Origin: Selaginella moellendorffii
Lineage: Eukaryota; Plantae; Lycopodiophyta
Assembly: GCF_000143415.4 (NCBI RefSeq)
Contig: NW_003314301.1
Span: 1,103,333 to 1,167,332 of the forward strand
DNA length: 64,000 bases
Direction of reading: 5' to 3'
The translations under genes and the position numbers were made by a program. Below the pieces are notes generated by a model. That model saw only the letters and a list, made by a program, of their open reading frames with translations, was not told where the DNA came from and searched no databases. Shown piece by piece: positions 39,081 through 49,738 of the stretch; position 1 is the first letter of the stretch; each line of letters opens with the position of its first letter.

Positions 39081-42000
39081 TTAATGAATCTCACCTTGAA
39101 CCCGGGTTATGAATGCTCTTGCTGCATCTCTTGCATGGTCTGGCAAGGTGATGGTGGCACTCTGCTTCCACATCCAACCATGCACAACATTATCCACCGA
39201 TATGCTCATGCTGGGATCCCTTGGATTCAGCACCCATCTCTTTTCTAGGCAATCGTTCGTATATCCGGAACTTGGCTTGAACCACTCCACAGTTACATTG
39301 AAGGAGTTAGTTTCCGCGTCCTCCTCTGCATCAGTGATGCAGCGCCCCACCCATATCATTTGTTTTTTATTACTGGGTCTGACAAGCACGACCATTCCTT
39401 TGCAGACCTGTACTGGATTGAATGCTGAATCCGGCTTCTTGTTCCTCGGCCCACAATAGTGATCCTCAACATCGTTATTTGTCACTGCATTTCCAAAGGA
39501 CATTGTTCCGCTACTATCTGGTGCTCTGGGTTCTGGCCAAAAGGACTCTTCCAATTCTTCATATACAACCGGCCCATTTTGGATAGCAGATATAATCTTC
39601 TCCCAGTATTCGAGCAAAGGCTTGCACCTCTGAAAATAGGATTCTCCACCAAACACCAACCCCCTTTTCCAGAAGGCAATATGCTGTCTAATCCCGGCCA
39701 CTATACTTTCCTGGTCTTTGAGTCCATCCGGGTGCATCGGCCGTGGGGAACCCTGAGGAATCATAGGTTCCCCAGTTATGGGATCTCTCTTGAAGAGTTC
39801 AATGCCATCCACTGGCAGCCACACTGTGTCCCATTCTCTCATCTTGTACCTCATCACTGGAGCACCGTCACACATGCTGAAATGAAACTGAAGAGGCTTG
39901 GAGTGGCCAATCAGCGTTTCGAATCCGTCCCTGATGTAGCCTCTTACAAACCCCTTAAAGTCTGGAACCTCTGTCAGAAGTGCAGCTTCAACAATGCCTT
40001 TGATGCAATTTTGGAATTCATCGTAGAGTTGTGGGAGGGTGAGGACATTGGATCGCCGGAGGGACTCTGCCAGGTGACTGAACATGGCATCGACGTCTTC
40101 ATGAGTGTGCCCAACCATGAGAAAGCCAAGTGTAACCGTTTCAAATATGCCTTTGGCAACAAGCATCGCCAAGTACGCAAAGACGTACATGTTTTTGTTC
40201 TCACTGCCAGCATTGTCTGTTTGGAGCAGAAGATGGGGTGGAAGGCCACATCGGCCGCAAGAACTTCCTTGAGATTCTGCTTCGTTTGGATGAGGCTGTG
40301 CATTCACCGGGCGACCAGCCTCGTCGGAATGGCATGAGGCCTCACGTGATAACCCTACAATCTGACGGCCAACATATTCACTGGGATGGCATGGGGCCCC
40401 ACGCGATACTGCAAGCCTTTGCTCCTCCTCCAGCTGAACCCTGTATGGGGTTCGATCGACAAGGGCCTTATGCAAGGGTTGGCCGTTCAGCTCAGTCTGC
40501 GCACTTTGCAGAGACCTTAAGTGTTTTGCTAGGGACGCAATCATTATGTTTGCACCCCCGCCACCCCATAGAGGTACAAAGAAGTTCCCATAGTTCTGGG
40601 CACCATGCCCATGAGCGATTATGCCAAACAGAGACACAGGCAGCTGCATGGATGAAGAGATTGCCTTGGGGGCAGGATTGAGTCGAGGTAAGCACGTCTT
40701 TTTCTGGTCCATTTTGTCGTGGATGATGCAGAGGTAAGAGTCAGGTCTCTCCATGGAGAGAATCCTGTTATGATAATATGCAGTCCTGCAGCTTCTCTGC
40801 TCGATGTTGTGGTCGAGCCGCCTTCTAACCAACGTCTCTCGCTCTTGAGCGCTGCAAGAATTCTTCGACAAAGCCATTTTGATAGCAGTGCACTCGTCAC
40901 ACTTTGAAAAGCTGGAGTACTTTCCTATACTCACATCCCTGAACCTGTTGCTCCACAATCTACTAAATCTAGATTGGCTCAGCTTCCTGTAGCCATTACT
41001 CTGGAGTTCCCGATTCACATCTTCCAATATGGCCCCCTTGGTATATATGGAAGGGAGAACTCGTTGGGTGTCTCGTGTTCCATCTTCCAAGAGGCGGGTT
41101 TTATGTGGTTGCTGCTCGCTACATGTCTCGACAAACCTCTTGAAGATTGCCTCTCCATATACAACATGACCCCTGGTTTTGTGCGTACCGTCGTTCCCAT
41201 GGACTGCCTGTTGAACCCTTTGTTCCTCGAACTCAGTTTTGATTCTGTAGAATGTGGTTCGAGGGACTCCATAAATGATTCTCCATGCCTTCATGCAGAC
41301 CAAACCCCTCTGGAAGACCATGCCCCCCACCTGATGTTCTGAAGCATCAACAGATGACCGTAATGCCTCATACACAAAATTGCGAGCTGCCTTCCAGGAC
41401 AATGTCTTGTATCTTGCTCTCTCCTTTTCAATAGCATCCCAATCAGCATGTTGACAGCACCTCCTCTTGCAACAAGCAACTGTCGAGACCATTCGAACCT
41501 CCATCGCTATTTTTTGCCTTTTCGGTTCGTTGCTCAGATCCCTTTGGCTGCGCTTTAGGAAGGTGTACTTTCTTTTCCCATGAAGAGATGTTCTGTCATC
41601 AGTTGTAGTGGTGTTTGATTGTGAATCCTTCACATTCTCAAACACTAAGTGCCTCAATTTCCACCACACAATGCTTCCAATAGTCAGACTGTTTTCTTCT
41701 GTGTCAACAACCTCTAAAATCGCAACTCCAATATCATCCCAGCCCAATTCTTGATTAGCAACCGCATCTCTTGGATCGACAACTGTGGCTAAGCCCTCAG
41801 CTACCACCTCCCCCTCGGGGTTGTTTAGAAACACTTTTGCCTGAATCCATGTAGCACGGTTCTTAAAATCCACGGAGGGAACATGCGTCGCACTTGCGCT
41901 GTCCCCAACATCTGCTTTCTTCTAAAGATTTTTCAAGGCAACAACAACATTTACCCCGACGACCATCTCTCCTCGTTCAATAGCGACCACATTCCCATCG

Positions 42001-42149
42001 AAGACAGTCTCTACTGATACAGCAGCATTGCCTTCCCCAAGCCTTTGACAGTGTATAACAAAGTTCTGATCCATAGACACAAGGGTCCCTTTTGCAACTC
42101 TCTTCCCACCATTCAAAATGTAAACCTTTTCCCCAACCCTGAAGGCCAT
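39081..42149 (-). CDS. Sola-like DDD transposase (about 1,022 codons if the single in-frame TAG at 41922-41924 is read through or spliced out; 930-aa ORF downstream)
   Basis: Motifs FSKCDEC, IIHDKMDQKK, LLLQTDNAGSENKN, GFLMVGHTHEDVDAMFS; two related N-terminal beta-rich repeats (VAKGTLVS / VAEGLATV); upstream 75-aa ORF is in the same frame; splice acceptor just before the ATG. Confidence 0.85.
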
Positions 42150-42514
42150 TCTGAAAGTGCAGAAAAGAAGTTAAGACCATACAAAAAATGATTGGAGAAT
42201 GGCCTAAATCATAACATACCAAACAACCTCAATAGCATGAGGCCACATGCCATTATTCAAACATGCTATTGACACCCACGTGAAATTTCGCATTCACAAA
42301 ATTGGCATGAGGCCTCATGCCATTTTGATATACACACAGCTGCAGGCAAGTAAAAACATACATGACAATACGCTAGCCATGAAATTGCAAGGGCCCAAGA
42401 TGGCATGTGGCCTCATGCCATTTCTAAATGTGGTCCTAAGCCATTCCATGGTGAACATACCAGGAAGCACAAGTGCCGAATATCAAGAGGAAGCGGTAGC
42501 CACACCAAAGACAG

Positions 42515-42650
42515 TGCCGCTCGCAACACCGCAACTACTCGTAGCGCCGCTCGCAACACCGCAACTGCTCGTAGCGCCGCTCGCACAAACTGCCACTCGC
42601 ATAAACTGCCGCTCGCAATGGCGCTCGCAATGCCGCAACCGCTCGTAGAC
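42515..42650. repeat. GC-rich ~30-bp tandem repeat (CCGCTCGCAACACCGCAACTRCTCGTAGCG) upstream of the transposase
   Basis: Two near-exact units plus degenerate ones; a second CGCGCTCGCA-rich tract at about 43775-43925. Confidence 0.75.
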
Positions 42651-44132
42651 GCATAAACCACAGCCCACAACGCCGCTTACACAAGCAGCGCTCACTGCGC
42701 TCAGCGGAACCAAGAACACGGCGCACAAAAATGATAGACCTAGGAATGAGTTCGAAAATTCAAAAATAACACACGCTTGAACGTCACATCAAATCCTCTG
42801 ACAAACCAGATCTTATGATTCCTCTGACAAATTTCAAACTGAGTAGCTTCTAGACTTTGCTGTCGGAGGTTGAACTTTGTCACATCATGTCCTTGCCTCG
42901 ATTCAGCTGTGCCATGTCAGTGATTCGAACTTTGCCATGCCATGTCAGCGATCCGCGCCAAGATTATTCGCCGTGTAAAGGAATAATTATGCTGTGTGTG
43001 CGTCCATTTATGGCAATATAAGGCCACACGCCATTCAAAGAATAATGCTCGACATAAGGCCACACGCCACCACAGAATAATGCATTTTTTGGTGCATTTT
43101 TGGGTTCAAAATTGCATGAGCCCACACGCTATAAAGTTTATCTTTGCCAAATAGAGAAAAGTTTATCTGTGTCATGTGAGGTAGTTACAGTCCTTTGTGC
43201 TCGGCATCTGCCTCTTGCAGCATTTGCACTGAAAGGGAATTTTTCTCCATTCAGCATTTGGCCCTGAAAATGGCATGCGCCCACACGCCATTGAAGGAAT
43301 AATGCCACAGGACGCCTGGATTTTTGGGTTTAAAATGTTTAGGGTTTTTTGGGTTTTTTCAAAATATTTTGGGTCCAACGTTTTTTGGGTTTCTTTGGTT
43401 CAAAATTGCATGAGCCCACACGCTATAATATTGATTTGAGAGAAAAATAGAAACAGATAGAATTTCTTTATTTAGCTGAACATCTGCCATTTTTGGAAAT
43501 ACAAGATGCTTTGGAATATCCAATCATGCATGGTATAAATATAGCGAGGGTATTAAATGATATCCCAATCATGATCTTTCTTTTGGATTTCGCGTGCATG
43601 CAGTCCGAGGAATGATGACGTTGCGGATTTCTTTTGGATTTTGCGTGCTTGCATGCGCGCGGCAATCCAGAAATTAATGGTGGCGCCCAAGTCTGAGGAA
43701 TGATGACGTGGCGGGATTACCAACCGTTGTGACATTTCGCACGTGTGAGGTTAGGTTTTGCATTTTGCTTTGTACTCGCGCTCGCACACTCGCGCTCCCG
43801 CTCGCATCGCGCTCCCACTCGCGATCACGCTCACTTCTCTACAGGTTTCTCGTGTGCATTGGCGTCCACTCGCGCTTGCATCACACTCGCGCTCGCATCG
43901 CGCTCGTGTGCATCGGCGTCCACTTCAAGACACACCCAGTTTGTAACTTCGCCGCCAACTCCGCCGCCCACTCCGCCACCCACACGCAGCCCACTTGGCG
44001 TCCCGGGAGATTTCAGCGCCACTCTCCAACTGTAAGTGGCAGAGTAGCCTTGCTGCTACGATCCGCTGCACACACAGTGCACATTCGCCAGCGAGTCCGG
44101 CCTCGATTGTCACGGCCTCCATTCGGCTTCAA

Positions 44133-47100
44133 ATGGTAAGTCTTTTAGACGAAGTAGAAAATGGCATGAGGCCACATGCCATTCAGTAGCAACATTGGCA
44201 TGCACCGATTGGGCTCTCGAGTGCAGTCCGGTTACAGATGGCGTGTAGCCTCACGCCATCTTAGGATGCAGCCTCAAGACATCTGATGCAGTGGTGAATG
44301 GCGTGTGGCCTCACGTTATTTCCAGCTGCTAGCTTTTCATCTGTCAGCTCTAATTGTTGTGCATTTCTGAACAGGCGAGGAATTGCGTTCTTCTTCCAGC
44401 CACTGTCAATGTGGATGCAGAGAAGGGGGAGGAGCTCACCAGTTGGACTTTCGGGATGGAAGGCGAGGATCTGATGCTGTACAACACAGATGGTGGGAGA
44501 AAAGAATGCATGGGGATCCTCATCCAAGTGACAGACACTCCATGCAGTTTCATGCAAGAATATGGACTGGCACTTGTGGTAGAGACAGCGTCCGCCTTCA
44601 AGATCCACCTTGCACATCCTAGCGGCTTCCCGGAGGGGGGCAGCGGCTATAAGGAATTCCTAGAGGGAGCTAGGGAGAGGTTGTCCAGGAGGCCCACAAT
44701 TTCAAAGACGCTGCGGGTCTATGAAGATCACATGGAATCCACGGACCTCACCTACGGCGATGTTCAAAAACTATATTCCAACATTGAGCCGTTGAGAGTG
44801 CCTCCAGTTTGCGAAGCGAAGGGGAAGGGGGTCGATCTGGAAACTACCCCGAAGCAGAAAAGGGTGGTCAAGCTCAAGCCGACGTCCGACTCTGCTGCTC
44901 CAAAAAAGAAGCTACTCGGTGATGCCATTGCCTCGGGTTCGAACACTACACCCACCAAAAAGAAGAGCCGCAAAGAGCAGAAAGAGCAAGAAGAGGCAGC
45001 AAAAATCGTCGCAGATAATAGTACTTGTTACTATTCCAACAAAGTATATACAATCGACGTGAGCCGTATCGAGATCCAAAGCAAATACAACCACAGGCTA
45101 GTATCTGATGAGTGGGTGGAGAAACTGAAGCAGAAGATGCTGGCAAGTCCAGTAACACCCGACATCGCAGACGTGATCCCCTACTACCGAACAATGAAGG
45201 GCGAGACGAGGTTTCCAGACTTGATCAATAGGAAGGTGTTGGACGATCAGAACATCCGGTTCTATGCCGTCTCCGGGCAGCATTCTAGCTTGGCGATGCA
45301 ACAGATAGTTGTGGATATTATGGTGGGCGAGGAGGTGAAGAAAGTCTTCAAGACAAGAGTTGTCCGCCTGATAAAAGGCAACTCGCCCCTCCGATCTATC
45401 ATATACATCTCCCACGCGCAGAATGTCAAGCAAGAAACGTGCTACAAATCGGGTCTGCACGAGACATTGGCACGAACACGGAAGCTCTGGGTTCAACTGA
45501 AGAAGCCACAAAAACCAGGACAAGGACGTGCACTAGCAACTAGCTCCTGGCAGGTAAGCCTCGTTGCATGTGGCATAGCATGTGGCCTCACGCCATTTCC
45601 ATTGCAGGAATTCTCGAGTCTTCTCTCGAAAACACTGGGGGTCAATGACACACTCAGCATCCATAACATTCTACTCGCGACAAAAGTTGTTTTTGACAAA
45701 TGGGTAGATGTGCTAAGGAGGTACCATGACGGGGAGTTGCTAAACTCAATGGGTGTGGAGGACGGCCGGAAGCCCAATGATTTGAAGCTCAACGCCTTGC
45801 GTTTCTCGCGGTCTCTAGACGACAACGACCTTCTGACAGTGGCTAATGCTCTTCTACGTGGTGAGGTAGTCTTCAACAAGACCAAAATGACTCCCGGCCA
45901 TATTGTGACATACGAGGACTTGTGCACGACTCTGAGAGCTCGTGCGCTATTGAAGGATTGGATCTTCGAGCAAGTGGCCGTGGCGAGGGTGAGCATCGAC
46001 ACCACGCAAGAGATGATGGAAGAGCTGGAGTTGTCAAATGAAGACATCGACGAGTACGTGAAGGGGGCCCCCAAGTTCATCGATTTGCTGCGGGATGCCA
46101 CGAAAAGTAAAGCTGAGAAGTTGGATCAGTATCCAAATTTCATTAAGAGGGATGTCGACCGCCGGCTTCAGAAACAGCTCGACCCCGCAGCAGAGGCCTA
46201 TCGAGAACCTTACCGGGTATACGTGAATTCGGATGAGGATCAAAGGTGGAGGAGCATCGTTTCCCGCGGAGATGAGCAGGTCAAGAACATCTTTTGTGTG
46301 ATGGACTTCACAAACGAGGAGATCACTCATGCAGACGAAGTCAGCTCCATCATTGACTTAATAGTGGGACTTGCGGAGGTGGAATCTTCAGTCCACTATA
46401 TGATCTACGACTCCGAATCCTATCACAAGTTCTGGAAGGCCTTGAACGAGGTGAAGGCTCGGTTGAAAGGCAAGAAGATGCGGGAGATCCATGGGATAAT
46501 GGCTAAGAAGAAGATACCGACGAATGTCCGCATCTTCACAGTCGCCCTTGTTATTGGTCCTGCAGCAGAGTGGGACTGGAGTGACTTCCCAGCTTCGTTC
46601 AATAAAGCCGATCGAATTGATCTGAGGGAGGTCAATTTACCCGTGCCTGAGGAACTGAAGACGGCTATGGAGCTTTCGAATCCAAAGAAAGCTCCAGGTG
46701 CAGCATGGGAAATGCTCAGCTGGGTCTTCAACGCAATAGCGGGTGACTCCAAGGGCAAATGCGTTGTCGAGTACAACTGCGGCGGACTATTCTTTCGAGC
46801 CGCACTACTCAAGGGTGTCCCGTGTGTTGCAGTGACAAACTCCATTGAAGAGGTGACTTCAATGGAGCATATAATTACAGTTGCCAAAGAAAAACAGTAT
46901 CTTCTCTACGAACCTGGTGAGTACGCACTTTAAGTTTAAATGTTATCTCACAAGCTCTGTATGCAGGAGCGTGGCCACCCCCAGATGCTGAAACGGCGTT
47001 AACAGCTACTGATGTTAGGCCGAGGTCACAACCTGCACAAGGTAAGGTCACGTGAGGCCTCACGCCATTTTGATTATAGATCGTTGTGAATATTCAGACA

Positions 47101-49738
47101 CGAGGACTGAAAAGCGCACTGGTGGCGCGTCGAAGAAGGACAAACAGACAAGCAATAGGAAAAAAGGAGGTACAAATTATATTTGCAATGGCGTGTGGTC
47201 TCATGCCATTCCTTGCAGGAGACACTTCTTCAAAGGCAAAACAGGCAAGCACCAGCCAAGCTCAAACTGACAGTGGTCATAAAAAGCGAAAGCACGTTGG
47301 ACAGTCGTCGGGATTAGAGGCGTTTGATTCGAAAAGGAAGAAGGGCAACGAAAAGATGATAGGTAATGCCTCGCGGTTATGGCGTGTGTGCTCATGCCAT
47401 TCATTGCAGATCAAGGGCTGAGTGAAAGGAGCCAGTCACCACCTTCTGACTCAGATTCCTATGGCGGACTCCCCTTCCCCAATCTCAATGGAGAGGTACA
47501 ATGGATGAGGGATGCTTTTCAAGTCAGGGCCACGTTTTTCTCATCTCGTCGTCTTCGAAGGGTGCAAGAACGTGCAGAAACCATGTTAAGACAGTCGGGT
47601 GAGGATACGGTCCTAGGTCACGCATTAAAACAGGCTATGGATGTCTTGTATTTTGAGATGGAGACTCGGCCAGATGATTTTTCCAAGATGGTCCTGGAAA
47701 AACAAGCAATCCAGCCTGAGCAGCCTATGGAAGAAATGCAAGAGGGGGATGAGGAGCCAGAGAAAGATAATGAGCAGGAAGAGCAGAAGGACGAAGAGGA
47801 GGACAAAGAAGAGGAGGACGAAGAAGAGGAGGATGAAGAAGAGGAGGACGAAGAGGACTTGGATGGTCCTCACAATGGTGACGATCACAATAACGACGAT
47901 GACGATGATGACGACGATGGCTAGCCTGAGGTGGCCAAAAAGCAGCGGAGGAAGGTCATACAAGACAAACCATCAGGTAAATAATAGTACATCCATTCCT
48001 AACCTTTTACCATTTCTAACATTATCCATGTAGGTCGCAGAAGAAATGGTAAGTAGAGATTATTCAGTTGAATTAAGATACAAACTCTAGCCTTTAGTGT
48101 CGAGGAAGGATAGTGCCAAGCAAGGGTCGAAACGTATGTCCAATCCTTCAGAATCAGCAGTGCACCCAAGTGATATCGGTCCTAGTTCCTCAATAGCAGT
48201 TGATGGTAAATACAGTATAGTCGATTCAATGTGCTAATGAGTTTGTTTTTAGTAGCACGGGAGGATACCATCTCAATCGAAGGGAGATATTTGGACATGC
48301 ATATGGATCCGCCAGTGGACTCTACTTGCCTGCAAGAGTCATCAGAGCTGGTGGAGGCTACTATCCATATCAACGCCAAGCAAGCTGACCACGCTCCACT
48401 TGATGCTGCCCATACCACTGAGTCAATCTTGTCCACGTATCCAACTGACGGTGACCAGGCGCCATTGGACCCGCATGAGGCCACCCCAGCCGCCGAGCCG
48501 GTCGTATCCTCATTTCCAACGTGTGCCCAATCGTCTGACTACGCGCCGTTGGAACCTCCCTACACCGCCCCTGCTGCCTGTTCGGTCATGTCCACTTTGC
48601 CAACGGAGGCACCAGCTGAAATGGCGTGTGATCACACGCCATCGGAACCACCCCATGCCACTGTTGAGCCAGTTGTACCAGAGTCTACAGCTGAAATGGC
48701 ATGTGCCCACACGCCATCGGATGCGATTGACCCCACATTGCAGAGGAGAGTATTTCCGCCCTTCACGTTTCCTCGACCAAAACCCTCTGAACGACCATCG
48801 GGAGCACCATTCGCTAATATTGTAGATGGTAAAATTGACTTGTACCATTTTTTATGCTGACGCATTTCATTTCAGAGTCACGGCGAAAGTACTGTATCAT
48901 TTTTGATCTGAACGGTGTCCTTTTCTCCCATGAGCGTGGCTCGTCCTCGAATGTCACTGCACCCTCCAAAGCCTGCGGTCGCAAGTTGGTCAAAAGAGAC
49001 AGATTCACATTAATCACACGGGAGAAACTGCGGGATCTAATAATGACCATGCGACACTTAAAACAGAGGGCCGGGTTCAATTTGCAATTCGGAGTTTGGA
49101 CATCCATGATGCGCCACAATGCATTAACGTTGCTACAGATGATGCACGATCAGACGCGAGTAATATTACCATTTGACTTTCTCCTAACGCAGGAGGATTG
49201 CTTGACTATGGTCCATGTGAGGGGTAGCAAGCCCATCTTCGTCAAGGCAGAGGCTGTAGTGATGAACCGGACTGCTAGGTCAAGTGAAATCCTCATCATC
49301 GATGACTCGCCGATTAAAACTGCAGCGAACACGCACACATATGCAGTGCACCCCATCTCTTGCAGTATGGAAACTAGGGAGAAGAAACCGTATGTTCTGG
49401 GGGACCTTGCAAAACGGCTTGAAGCGATGGTGATAGAGAACCGGCCAGTCCAGGAGGTGGCTGCAGAAATCAACCAAATGGCAGATGGAACGGTATATCA
49501 GAAGCCATTTGATCGGACAGACACCAGTCATCATTTATGGCATGTATATTGTCTAGCCAAGCACTATCCGCATCTCCATAATCTGCTCAACCGGATGGGT
49601 TCTTCGACCACTGAACATGAGCGTGGACGTATTAGAGAAGAGATGGCATTACTATTGGGTTTAAATCCTGATAGTGTGGAGAGTGATGAAATTCCAAGAT
49701 TATTGTATAGGCGTTGGAGGCAAAAAATAACAGTCTGA
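44133..49738 (+). CDS. Transposon cargo gene, predicted 11 exons (44133-44135, 44375-45553, 45608-46916, 46967-47041, 47098-47169, 47219-47362, 47410-47976, 48034-48048, 48098-48205, 48253-48828, 48876-49738), about 1,636 aa: ParB-like, degenerate DNA amino-MTase-like, acidic linker and FCP1/NIF HAD-like regions; one internal TAG at 47922-47924
   Basis: All introns are GT-AG and keep the frame (47-57 nt, except the 239-nt first); YTIDVSRI...NHR...VEKL...FYAVSGQHSSLA; KCVVEYNCGGLFFRAALLKGVPCVAV; IIFDLNGVL...GVWTS...LIIDDSPIK. Confidence 0.72.

Noticed and set aside
42247-44139. ORFs of 60-143 aa in the divergent intergenic region
   Set aside because: They are explained by GC-rich tandem repeats and the ATG/CAT within the palindromes.
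47379-48860. Stand-alone acidic (181 aa) and Pro-rich (209 aa) genes from the ORF track
   Set aside because: Their starts lie in predicted introns, and they splice in frame into the single cargo gene.
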